Part shown: positions 35,689 to 48,375 of the stretch, piece by piece
Position numbering within the stretch: the first letter of the stretch is position 1
Layout of the letters: each line of letters begins with the position of its first letter
DNA from: Eledone cirrhosa
Taxonomy: Eukaryota
Reading direction: 5' to 3'
DNA: 64,000 bases
Assembly: GCA_964016885.1 (NCBI GenBank)
Contig: OZ024744.1
Location: forward strand, 83,080,001 to 83,144,000
The notes under the pieces: generated by a model
The model's database searches: none
Told to the model about the DNA's origin: nothing
The model's input: only the letters and a program-made list of their open reading frames with translations
Translations under genes and position numbers: made by a program

Positions 35689-37875
35689 TTATTGTTCATT
35701 TAGCTTGGGTTTGAATTTATCAATAAAATTCTTTTCTTTGATTTTTCTCTTGATTTCATTTGGGCTGTGTAATTTGTAGAATGGGAATATTATAAATATT
35801 CCCTGACCACATGTTGCCAGGTGGCCGCTTAGGGGTATCTGACGGACATTTGGGTCTCTGATTTGTTGACGGTGTACCCGTGCACGTTCCGATAGTGCAT
35901 TTCCAGTTTGACCGACATATAGTTCTTCACAATTCGGGCATTTAATGCAGTAAATTAGATTTCTGCTTTTGCAGTTCATATTTGCATTTGTGAATATTTT
36001 TCCAGTTTTTGTTTTCATATATTGACCGGCGTGTATGGATTGACATGTGCCGCATCGATTATCATTGCATTTAGATACAGTGAATGATTGGTCTTTGTTG
36101 TTAAGGTCAAACTTTGCTTTTGTTAGCAATTGCTTCAAATTTTTTGGCTGTCTTTTACTAAGAGTCAAAGATCGATCTGTGATTAAGCCTTTTAATTCAT
36201 TACTTTGAGCAATGATCGGTAGGTTTGCTTTGGCAGTGTTGAAGATATTCTGGTGACATGGGTTGTGTGTCATTATAAATGGTATGACCAGTTCTTGGTT
36301 TCTTCTTCTTTGGGTTGTTCTAAGTTGTTGTAAAGGTATTTTTATAGCCAGCAGTATGCCATTTTCTATAAGTAGAGATGGGTATTTTTGTTTGAGCAAA
36401 AATTCTCTTAGTTCTGTTAGGCGTTTGTACCTGGTATTCGTATCTTCTACAATGGTACAAATTCTTCTGGCTAGGCAGTATGGGATGTTGCGTTTTGTAT
36501 GAGGTGGATGGCACGACTTAAAATTCAGATATTGATGGGTGTCTGTGTGTTTATAATATATATCCGTGGTAATGGTGGTGTCGTTTTTGATTATCATTAT
36601 ATCTAGGAATGGTAATTTGGTCCTACTCATCTCTTTTGTGAATTGGAGAGATGGGTGTAGGTTATTCAGGAGGATATTGAACTCATCCAGAGTATCTAAA
36701 GATTCTGTCCAGATGATGAAACAGTCGTCAAGGTATCTCTTCCAAGATTTTTCAATGTACTTTCTAAAGTCAGTACTATATTTTTCCTCTATTTCTTGGT
36801 AGAGTTGTTGTTCTAAGTATCCCATTACAGAGTTCGCGTAAACGGGAGCAAACTTCGTTTCCATCGCTGTGCCTCTAATTTGGATGTAATTCTTTCCATT
36901 GAAGAAGAAAGTGTTGTTTTCCAGAACAAGTTTGACTGCGTCTAATATAAATGGCGCTGTGAATCTAATGGGAATCACTTCTCTATGTTTTTCCACCCAG
37001 TATTTAACCGCCTTTATTCCTAAATCATGTGTAATGTTGGTGTAAAGGCTTACCACATCAAAACTGAGTAGAAGTGAATTCGTTTCCGTGGTTTTGGGAA
37101 GATGGGACAGGAAGTCGATATCATCCCGGATGAAACTGGGTATGTGAATACATAGTGGTTTCAAAATAATGTCAACAAAATTGCTTAGACGGTGAGTGGG
37201 GCATGTTGGACCAGCTATAATACGTCTAAGTTTTAAGTCTTTTGGGTGTAATAATTTAATGTACTCACTGTTTTGTTCTCTTACTGCCAGTTGTATTTCT
37301 TTTGACTTGTGAACTTTCGGTAGGCCATACAGGTTGCTGGGTTTCGGCTCAAAATTGGTGATGTAGTCTCTTTCCTTATCAGTAAATGAGTTGTGGTATT
37401 TTGAAGCCAGGTTGTTGATCTTCTTCATGATGTTGTGGTCTATATTTGACGGTATTTCATGATAGAATGTTGTGTCTTTCAGTTGTTCCTCAACCAAATC
37501 CTTGTAGTATTCAGTATCCATTATAACAACTGCACCCCCTTTATCTGCTTGTTTAATTATTATTGTTTTATCATTTTGTATACGTTTAAGTGCAGACATT
37601 TCTGATTTGTTAATGTTTGGCCTAACATTAGTATTATGTCTAAGAGGAAATTTAGACAGGATGTCAATGTATTCGTCGAGATAGATATTTCTTCCTTTTG
37701 GCGGAGTGAAATTTGATTTATTCTTTACTAGTGATTCATCACTCTCATTATTTTTATCAGCGAAGAATTCTACAAGACGTAATTTTCGACAGAATTCTTG
37801 GGTATCCTCCTTCAGTTCTTGGTGGTTGACTGTTGGAGTCGGTGTGAATTTCAGTCCTTTTGACAGAATTTGCAT
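35689..37875 (-). CDS. Penelope-like element (Neptune-like) reverse transcriptase plus GIY-YIG endonuclease, 728 aa; frame open upstream to 38016
   Basis: ILSKGLKF, IKQADKGG, YGLPKVHK, FDVVSLYTNI, GTAME, RYLDD, LPFLD, YYKHT; CNDNRCGTC knuckle; LIYCIKCPNC..YVGQT..R..H GIY-YIG; no internal stops. Confidence 0.95.
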   Translation of the reverse strand: MQILSKGLKFTPTPTVNHQELKEDTQEFCRKLRLVEFFADKNNESDESLVKNKSNFTPPKGRNIYLDEYIDILSKFPLRHNTNVRPNINKSEMSALKRIQNDKTIIIKQADKGGAVVIMDTEYYKDLVEEQLKDTTFYHEIPSNIDHNIMKKINNLASKYHNSFTDKERDYITNFEPKPSNLYGLPKVHKSKEIQLAVREQNSEYIKLLHPKDLKLRRIIAGPTCPTHRLSNFVDIILKPLCIHIPSFIRDDIDFLSHLPKTTETNSLLLSFDVVSLYTNITHDLGIKAVKYWVEKHREVIPIRFTAPFILDAVKLVLENNTFFFNGKNYIQIRGTAMETKFAPVYANSVMGYLEQQLYQEIEEKYSTDFRKYIEKSWKRYLDDCFIIWTESLDTLDEFNILLNNLHPSLQFTKEMSRTKLPFLDIMIIKNDTTITTDIYYKHTDTHQYLNFKSCHPPHTKRNIPYCLARRICTIVEDTNTRYKRLTELREFLLKQKYPSLLIENGILLAIKIPLQQLRTTQRRRNQELVIPFIMTHNPCHQNIFNTAKANLPIIAQSNELKGLITDRSLTLSKRQPKNLKQLLTKAKFDLNNKDQSFTVSKCNDNRCGTCQSIHAGQYMKTKTGKIFTNANMNCKSRNLIYCIKCPNCEELYVGQTGNALSERARVHRQQIRDPNVRQIPLSGHLATCGQGIFIIFPFYKLHSPNEIKRKIKEKNFIDKFKPKLNEQ

Positions 37876-37922
37876 TTCATCATTGTCAAGATCTCTTTTA
37901 GATAAATTAATTATTTTAGGAT

Positions 37923-38824
37923 CTACATGTACAGCTGTTTTGGGTATGTTTCCTCCTGGAGTTTTTCTTTTTCCGGTTTTTGTTGTCCTGACGTTAAAAA
38001 ATGAATTTTTCTCTGTTCAGGATTTATATTCCTGTTGGTGTTCGCTTGATGAACTTTTGGTCGTGATATTATATTTGGTTTCGTTATGTATTTTGTCCTA
38101 TTTTTGGTATTCTGTATATTATTTTTCTTCCTGTTAGCATTATTTTTAACAATCTGGGAAAATGACCTAGGTTTGCTTTCAGGTTTAGATCGTTTTTTCG
38201 TCCAGTTTCTTGTGGGCAATCTCTGTTGAGATCTTGAGGGTGATCTGGTTATTCTACGTTTTGTTTCCACATTCCTTGTTGGTAGTCTCTGTTGAGATCT
38301 TGAGAATGATCTCCTGGTTTTACTACTTCTCATGGTCTGGTCAAAGGAATACCTATCGTGTTTGTGCTTTTTGTTCATGTTGTGTGCGATAGGGTGTTTT
38401 TGTAGAAAAAGCGAAGAGTTATTACCGTAGTTCTTCTTTGATTCAAGGTAAGGTGAGTGTTTGTGTTGGCACGTGTTCTGGCGTATGTTGTGTTGATGAG
38501 ATTGTCCACTTTTAATGCTTTTTCTCAGGGTTCCAGAGTCTTTACCGTAATTTGCAGCATATTCATCGAGAAATAATTGTTTCTGCTGCCATACCTTTCT
38601 TGATTTGTTTTCTTCTTTTGAGATATCTCCGATCCATAGTTCTCGTAGTTTTTCAGCTATAATACCAGTCGTTAGCTTTGAAATTTCAACTTCAATTTGG
38701 TCATCAATAGCTTCATATTTGGCTTTGTAGCGGGATTGTTTACATTCAGAAATGGAGATGTCGGTCCTGAATTTTGTCAATGTAAGTTCCCATCGGAGTT
38801 TTGTTTCTTCTTCTGGTTCTCCAG
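37923..38824 (-). CDS. Upstream ORF of the Penelope-like element (charged helical region then basic Arg/Ser-rich region), 5' end cut by (TA)n
   Basis: About 300 stop-free non-microsatellite codons directly upstream of and overlapping the RT frame. Confidence 0.7.
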
Positions 38825-38847
38825 TATATATATATATATATATACAC

Positions 38848-38939
<92 letters not shown>

Positions 38940-39030
38940 GTATATATATATATATACGTTATTCCGGGTTGAATCGGAGGTAACCACAGTAAGTAAGGTA
39001 CTCAATACATAGCAGAGTATAACAGTTTTA

Positions 39031-39149
39031 ATATAGATGAGATTCTACAGGACTAGAACTGTTTCATTCATTTAAAATCATCAGGAATCTGATTCCTGAT
39101 GATTTCAAATGAATGAAACAGTTCTAGTCCTGTAGAATCTCATCTATAT
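39031..39149. repeat. 119-bp fold-back palindrome with one hammerhead ribozyme per arm
   Basis: Centre 39090, one mismatch; plus-strand HHR 39091-39139 gattc-CTGATGA-tttc[aaat]gaat-GAAA-cag[ttctagtc]ctg-TA-gaatc. Confidence 0.9.
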
Positions 39150-39255
39150 ATATATATAGATTTTGAGTTTATGTTGGTTGTATACCAACACCTCAGTATG
39201 CAGGCTGGAGCACTCGACGAAGTGCGCAGGTTGGTTTGGTTACTCCGGAGTAGTG

Positions 39256-40037
<782 letters not shown>

Positions 40038-40279
40038 AGATCAAAAGATAGTTAAAAGAGTTCCAAGTATTTTATTATGCGCATTTCAAAAACAAATATC
40101 ATCATGAGATGATATCTGCGTTTTCATCGGATAAAATAGGGATACATGATATGAAGGTTAAAAAACACTTGTGAATAGTGAAGTTTTAAATCAACATATC
40201 TTATCCGATATTTGCATTGCTTTATTGTACTACAATAAAACTCACCTCCTACATTATATATATATATATATATATATAT

Positions 40280-41055
40280 GACAACCATGTTGCTTGTTTA
40301 TTTTCCTATCTTTGGTTTGCTTTTATCCTTCTATGTTATTTACTTGTCCCCCTCGCTTTACGCGATTTACTGTTCCCAATAACTTTTTTTAGTTATTGCT
40401 CGCACCAACCTGAGGTATATGATTTTTAATGCGATAAAATACCAATGATGGTTGGAAAATCACTGACGAATGACTATTTTTATCATATGTAACCCATGTG
40501 CAATCACGCAGTATTCTTCTTTCTTCTCGTGTTTTTTATATATATTTACCTCGGCTGCGTTTGTCTGTTTCTCTCTTACGGCTTCCCTGCTCTCTCTGTT
40601 TCTCTCACCTTCTTTCGCCCCCTCTGTCAGTTACACTTTCTCTCGAATGACCTCTTCCTCACACTTCCACTCACTCACTCTCTGTTCCTCCCCTTCTCAC
40701 TTCCTCCCGTTTGGCTTGTAGTGGGTCTCTTCTTGCTTACATCTCACTGACGTCGGACGGTCTGTACCTCTCTCGCTCATGAAATCCACCCAGTTTATGC
40801 TGACCGGACAACCATGTTGCTTGTTTATTTTCCTATCTTTGGTTTGCTTTTATCCTTCTATGTTGTTTACTTGTCCCCCTCGCTTTACGCGATTTACTGG
40901 TCCCAATAACTTTGTTTAGTTATTGCTCGCACCAACCTGAGGTATATGATTTTTAATGCGATAGAATACCAATGATGGTTGGAAAATCACTGACGAAGGA
41001 CTATTTTCACCATATGTAACCCATGTGCAATCACGCAGTATTCATCTTTCTTCTC

Positions 41056-41065
<10 letters not shown>
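40280..41065 (+). repeat. Local direct duplication of about 260 bp (40280-40540 and 40808-41065)
   Basis: gacaaccatgttgcttgtttattttcc...caatcacgcagtattc occurs twice. Confidence 0.92.
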
Positions 41066-41112
<47 letters not shown>

Positions 41113-42162
41113 GTATATATACATATGTACATATATATATTTGGTCACCTGAGAAATCGTCTTTGAAGGTGGCGAAGTTCTGACTGGTTAAGATCAAACC
41201 AATATCAAAATATAATTACTCTTTTACTGGTTCCAAACAGTGGGATGCTGTAATAAGAATATTAAATTATAATACAAGCATTCTAGTATTAAATAGACAA
41301 TATGTTGTCCAACTGAGTTGGTAAGCTCACCGTTAACTTTGTATCATTCATTTAAAATGTCCGACTTACATATTTTCTTAGACGTTTTTCTATTTGACAG
41401 ACAGATAGATTCATTATAGCTTTCGTTGTGTATTTATTATGTTTTGTTAATAATTTTCTTGTAGTTACTGTAGTACATAGCTCTCTTGTTTATCATTGTC
41501 GTTCTATTTGGTTCTTCTGCGTTTGTTCTTGCTGTTGTTGTCGTTGTCGTCGTCCTAGTCATAGAAGTCGTTGTATTAGTTTTTACTGATCTTTTGATTG
41601 TTGTATTTAAAGTACACATGTTTCTAGGGTTGTCGTTACAGTTGATGTTTATGATTTAGTTATGGTTTTGTATATTTGTTGTTTCTCCTTTTTGTTGTTG
41701 TTATTGTTTTTTACCTTGTTGCTCCCGCGTTGCTTTTATTGTGGTTATGCTTACTTAACAGTTTTGTTGTTGTTGTTGTTGTCATTGCTATTATTATTAT
41801 TATGTTTGTATATCTCCAGGCATTCTGAAAACACTTTTTAATGCGTTATACATGCATGTATGGGCCTTTGCAGCAAATAAATGAACAGATTATTATTATA
41901 GCAGTTGTTTTTGTTACTGTTAATATTGTTCTCTTTGTTATAAATATTTATTCTAGTTATTCCAATTATTGTTATGGCAACTGCTAAAGCCTGTGATTTA
42001 TTTGTTGTTATTGCTGTTTTACATACAACTGATGATTTGGGTCAAAGTTTTTAGGTGATTTGTGTAAAAATTGGAGTAGTCGACTTTGGAGAATGTCGGG
42101 AGGAGGTTTTGCTGTCTTTTCCATCAAGTCGTTGTGGCGTCAAATGAAGTTTACTTGAATAT

Positions 42163-42326
42163 ATGACGAAAGAACTTTGACAATATATAAACAACTATCT
42201 GGTTGTGGAACCAACCAACCAACCAGAAATTTATAAATTCCTAAATTTATAAATTTATTATAATAAATTGAAGTGAAAGCAGCTGGTGCGTGTGTTTCTT
42301 ATTGACAACATGCCCCTCCCAAAGTA

Positions 42327-42330
<4 letters not shown>
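42163..42330 (+). mobile_element. 3' fragment of the same PLE pseudo-LTR as 23592-25336
   Basis: tgacgaaagaactttgacaatat...aaccaaccaacc...ctggtgcgtgtgtttcttattg...caaagtataac abutting (TA)n. Confidence 0.85.
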
Positions 42331-42366
<36 letters not shown>

Positions 42367-43194
42367 TAGTGGATTAGCCGAAAGGGGGAAATACCGTGCT
42401 TATTACCTTTGTTGCAGGGATTGTCAAACTGATAGGGGAAACATATCGTAGGGGCTATTCTCAGAATAGAAAACTAGGACCTGTGCTTGTAACAGCCTAG
42501 AGACCGCTTCAAACAGACTGGACTCCGAGTGATGTATAGTGTGTCGGCACTTGTAATAGGGTAGGCTCTGTTTGCAACAGAATTAACTCCGCTTGCAGCA
42601 TAGTGGACTTCGATTGCAACAGATTAAACTTCACTTGTATCACACTCAATACTGCTTGCAACCAAGTGTTATCTGATGGTAACAGAGTGGACCTTGTTAG
42701 CAAAAGGTGGTTTCGAAATACTAAAGAAAGGCTTCCTTTTGCAACAAAATGCAAAAGTTGCTGGTGTTAAAGTGAACACGACATACATCTTCCGGATATG
42801 GGCATGTTATTTGTAAGTTGCTATAGTGAAATGGGGTGTTTGAATGACTGTTTTCGCTACTTCTAATTATTTTGAATTAAGTCTTTTTACATATGTATGC
42901 ATCTGTAATGTGTGTATGTCCGTATTTTGTGTCTGTTGTCTAATTGTAGTGAACAGATGTTGCCTGTGTTGTGTATGTGTATGTGTGTGGTGTCTATTTA
43001 TATGTTGTGAGTATTGGCATATATACATTTACATATTTTGTTTACTGTATGTGTGTTTTAACCGTAAAATTCAGTTGTTTAGTCCTAAATCATAAATTAA
43101 TGCTAATTAAACCAGAACGGCTTTTAAACATAAATTCGATCGAAAGACATTCCAGTCCTGATCATTTGTTATTTTGTTTCTTTCAGATAAATTA

Positions 43195-43362
43195 CCATAT
43201 TTCCCGGCGCCGAAGACGCTTCGTCCTCCAGGACACACCCTAGTTTTTACAATAAAAAATTTGAAAAGATATAATAAACAATCCTCGGCCTCCAGAACGC
43301 ATGATAGATTTTTTAGACTTATTTTTGGAAGAAAGTAGTGTCCTCGACGCCGGGAAATACGG
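43195..43362. mobile_element. Tc1/mariner-superfamily MITE
   Basis: About 23-bp imperfect TIRs ccatatttcccggcgccgaagac / gtcctcgacgccgggaaatacgg flanked by TA on both sides. Confidence 0.85.
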
Positions 43363-43611
43363 TACATTTAGAATCATGTAATTCAATGTATTCCTATTTT
43401 TTATGGACTGTAGAGTTTTATTCAAGCGTTATTTGGTTAATATTTTTAGCAGGTCGAACGATCATATTGTAAAATATTACAATTATCTAGATGTTGGCCT
43501 GTCAACTCACGGTTACTGAATTGAAATGAATTGCGTGTATTTCATTTGGTTCCTAAAAATATGTAAATTTGTTGACGTAGACTTACTTCACCCGAGCCCA
43601 TCACTCCCTTA

Positions 43612-46600
43612 TCTACTTATATATATAACCAGCAATTTCTCTGTCTGTCTGTCCGACAGTGGAAACACGTGCGGAGAGTGAGAGTGAAAGAAAGAGACAG
43701 ACTACGAGAGGGGAATAGCGGGAGGGAGAGAGAGAGAGAGAGAGTGAATAGACGCTAAAACACGTGCTACAGAAACATTACCTTCCCCTCTCCACTGACT
43801 TTGGTCACTGAGGCCGAGGGAATCGCGCTTAGCGCGTCATAATGACGTAATGCAGCCAGACATACAGACATACAGACAGATATTATAAGGGTGCAACTTT
43901 ATATCTATGTATCTATCTAAAAAGAAAGACTAAGAATTATATAGAGAGAACGCTAAATCGCATAATGCGGTCCCTAGGGCATTGAAAATTTGAAATAATT
44001 TTTGATCAAAACACTCACAGGACCATAAGTATTACATGTCTAAAGTTTGAAAACAATCGGTTGGATGGTTCTCAAGTTTTAGTGAGCTGACAGACAGACA
44101 TTCTCTGTTTTAGATATATAGACTAGCAGAAAACCACCCCGGGTTGTTTTCTGCTAGTCTACTTATATATATAACCAGCAATTTCTCTGTCTGTCTGTCC
44201 GACAGTGGAAACACGTGCGTAGAGAGAGAGTGAGAATGAAAGAAAGAGACAGACTACGAGAGGGGGATAGCGGGAGGGAGAGAGGGAGAGAGAGAGTGAA
44301 TAGACGGTATAACACGTGCTACAGAAACATTACCTTCCCCTCTCCACTGACTTTGGTCACTGAGGCTGAGGGAATCGCTGGTTGCTATAGAGACACCCTG
44401 CACAAGCCAGAAGTAACCAGTTCGAGGCGGTTCTGACTTGACACCATGCGAAGAAGGTTTGAAGAAGGTTGCCATTGAATTTGTGGTTGTTGCTGCTGAT
44501 AATAAGGACCATTTGAAGAAGGTTGCTGCTGATGAGGTAATTTATTAATCAGATTGTGCAGTTCCATAATCTACGTTTGATTTGTTCGATTTTTTTCTTC
44601 AATTTTTGTTGTTGTTTTTTTTTTATTTCTTATTGAAAAAATATAAATAATAAAATAAGGTTAGAAATTTAAATACAATTAAATACGATTTAATTTCCAT
44701 TTCCAGCAGCCAATGTCCAGTGTTCAATTTCATGAAAAAATTGGAAATAATTAAAAAAATTGAAGTTTAACTTTTGAACATTTGTTTTGACAATAAAAAA
44801 ATATTTCCTTATTCACACCTAATGGTATGATTAAAATTTCATAGGAATATTTTTTTCTAACCGCCAGTTATTTAAATATTATTAAAAATAATTTTCTTTT
44901 CAAAAAGAATGGAAGATTTTGTGGATTTTTTTACCACCTTCCAAGCCTTAAACACTAATTCTCGCGAATTTGTGTTTTGTAATGACCCTCAAGGCGCTGC
45001 TATTGTTGATTCCAATAGTGCCTGGTATTCGAATATGTTAGTATACAATTTTTTTGAATAAAATTAAGGCGCAATTAGAGCTGCCAAACAAAATTTGTTT
45101 CGGCTTCGGCCCATATTATATATATATAATGGGGATGATGATGATGATATACATAGTTACATATGTATATGTAATCTCCTTATAATATATAACCAGCAAT
45201 TTCTCTGTCTGTCTGTCCGACAGTGGAAACACGTGCGCGCGTGCGAATGTTTTTTGCGCACGCGTAGAGAGAGAGTGAGAGTGGAAGAAAGAGAAGACTA
45301 CGAGAAGGGGATAGCGAGAGGGAGAGAGAGAGAGAGTGAATAGACGCTAAAACACGTGCGCGCGTGCGAATGTTTTTTGCGCACGCGTAGAAAGAGAGTG
45401 AGAGTGAAAGAAAGAGACAGACTACAAGAGGGGGATAGCGGGAGGGAGAGAGGGGGAATTGAGGAGTGCTACAGAAACATATATACATTTCTGTGTGTGT
45501 GTAATATATATATATATACACACAGAGAAATATATATATACACACAGAAATATATATACATTTCTGTGTGTGTAATATATATATACACACAGACATATAT
45601 ATACATTTCTGTGTGTGTAATATATATATACACACAGAAATATATATACATTTCTGTGTGTGTAATATATATATATATATACACACAGAAATATATATAC
45701 ATTTCTGTATGTGTAATATATATATATATATACACACAGAAATATATATACATGTCTGTGTGTGTAATATATATATGTACTAACAGAAAACCACCCGTGG
45801 GTGGTTTTCTGCTAGTCTACTTATATATATAACCAGCAATTTCTCTGTCTGTCTGTTCGACAGTGGAAACACGTGCGTAGAGAGAGAGTGAGAGTGAAAG
45901 AAAGAGACAGACTACGAGAGGGGGATAGCGGGAGGGAGAGAGGGAGAGAGAGAGAGTGAATAGACGCTAAAACACGTGCTACAGAAACATTACCTTCCCC
46001 TCTCCATCGACTTTGGTCACTGAGGCCAGGGAAACGCGCTGAGCGCGTCATAATGACGTAATGCAGACAGCCAGACATACAGACAGATATTATAAGGGCG
46101 CAACGTTATATCTATGTATCTATCTAAAAAGAAAGACTAAGAATTATATAGAGAGAACGCTAAATCGCATAATGCGGTCCCTAGGGCATTGAAAATTTGA
46201 AATAATTTTTGCTCAAAACACTCAAAGGACCATAAGTATTACATGTCTAAAGTTTGAAAACAATCGGTTGGATGGTTCTCAAGTTTTAGTGAGCTGACAG
46301 ACAGACAGACATTCTCTGTTTCAGATATATAGACTAGCAGAAAACCGCCCCGGTGGTTTTCTGCTAGTCTATATATATAAAACTGAGGATGTCTGTCTGT
46401 GTGTGTGTGAGTTTGAATCCCTAAAACTAGAGAACCACCCAAACGACTGTTTTCAAACTTTACACATGTAATACTTATGTTTCAGGGAGTGTTTTGAGCA
46501 AAAGAAAATTTCAAATTTTCAATGCCCTAGGGAGCGCATTAGGCGATTTAGCGATCTCTCTCTATAATTCTTAATCTTTCTCTTTTTAGATAGATACATA

Positions 46601-46957
46601 CATATAACGTCGCGCCCTTATAATATCTGCCTGTATGTCTGACTGTCTGCATTACGTTACTTACTACAATTCGCTCTGCGTCCAAAACGCGCCCTTATAA
46701 TATATGTTTGTATGTCTGGCTGTCTGCTGCCTCCGGTGGTTCTGCCACTGTTGACAAGACAAATCTCACACTCATTCCCCAAACAGTTGGTAAGTGCACA
46801 CAACTTCTTCCTCGCGTTTTAAGCCAGTGTTGCTTACTTACGTTCCACCAGACCCTTACTTCTTTGCCAGCCGTGGTTGTAGCAATACTAAGCTTAGCTA
46901 AGGCGGTTATATATTTCACAATACCTTATCCCGTGCAATGCCGGGTACCACTGCTAG
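43612..46957. mobile_element. Cluster of tandem and inverted non-autonomous Helitron units
   Basis: A|TC 5' end at 43612; repeated tcta(c)ttatatatataa...tgtctgtctgt heads at 43612, 44158, 45175, 45816 and 46368; 3' hairpin cccgtgcaatgccggg then CTAG|T at 46954-46958. Confidence 0.8.
45470..45778. repeat. 36-42-bp minisatellite with internally palindromic unit
   Basis: acacagaaat-atatatac-atttctgtgt-gtgtaa(ta)n repeated about 7 times. Confidence 0.9.
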
Positions 46958-48149
46958 TAACAAATAATCTTAAACCAGCTATTCAATCTATAATTATTAC
47001 CATCTGACTAGGATTATATTTTACTGCTCTGCAAGTAATAGAATACATCGAAGCCTCATTTTCAATTTCTGATAGTATTTATGCAACAACCATGACATGA
47101 GTAGAAGAACGACGGAAGTCACCTGCGAAAGACAGAGGTTCTGTCCATGGTATGTTTTGTGTACCAATTGTTTCATATTCCTGAGATTCCAAAATATAAC
47201 TAAATTAATTTATTTAAGATAAGGTAATACCTTATAGCTTCATTTTTGTAATTTATTTCAATAACTTGTCAATAACTTCGTAAGAGATTTCAATTTCCAC
47301 ATAGTTGTGTTGCGTCATACATATTGAGCAAACGACAGCACTACGTAGTTCTTCAGAATGCAGGGAATAGTAGCCAATTTTCCTCCTACCGTCGTAAAAA
47401 TCAAAATAGAAAATTGATAATATAGTCCAAGACACACCTCTAAAAATACAAAGTTTATTTCAAACTACATTATCTAATATTTTCATCCCTCTTCCTTTAA
47501 GGTAGAGTGTAATTCACAGATTTAGCCGCTATTTCCTGCAGGTCTAACTCTCGCTTAGAAATCCCCTCATTAACTCGATGTGATATTTTGATATCATACA
47601 AAATATTGTGTTTTAATGCAGATATCGAAGAGAAATTCGTGACATAAAGATGTACAGTATAATTCATCCATCAATGTGTCCTGTATAATTCGTCCATCAA
47701 TAATTAATCCATCAATGTGCCTTAGGCATTTCAAACTTGGAAGAGGCGTTTCGCTCTCCGGGTTTAACAAAATCAATTTCTTTCAGTAAGAAAGGGACCA
47801 TAAGTTAGAAAATAATCGACTCAAATACTGGACTGGTACTTTATTTATCAACTTCAAAAAATCTTTCAAATAGCGAAGAAGTTCAGGTCAAGGCGCAGTC
47901 ACATCTTGTTACATTCCATACATCTAATTCTCATTTAGATGTCATGCCATAGAGAACTACTATTACAGATTAATGCAGAACTCTAAAACCATCGAACTAA
48001 ATGCCTCATGCTATTCAAATTTAGCCATCAACGGTCTGTTCACCATCCGTCCGGTGTTATAGTTTAATTTCTCGCACTATCCAAGATTACACAAGTTTCA
48101 GCCACGCCCTATGATAGATTTCTAATCTAAAGTCTGCCAGAAAGCTTAT

Positions 48150-48375
48150 TAGGCCGGTGCTCATACCGGTTTCATGGCGTGAACCGACTGAGAGTACAAG
48201 ACTTCCCCCTGGACAAGACGCTATTCCATCGCAGGGTTAAATCTCCAGATGTTGGTGGTACTCATTTACAGCTGAGTATAGTGGAGCAACGTGAAATGAA
48301 GTGTTTTGCTCAAGAACACAAGATGTAACCCAGCCCAGGAATCGAACCCACGACATTATGAGCGTAAGTCCAGAT
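48150..48375 (-). mobile_element. tRNA-derived SINE (family 2) with CORE/Meta-like central domains
   Basis: B box GGTTCGATTCC on minus strand, then tgtgttcttgagcaaaacactt...gtaaatgagtacc and aaccctgcgatgg...catgaaaccgg; domain names by recalled resemblance. Confidence 0.7.
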
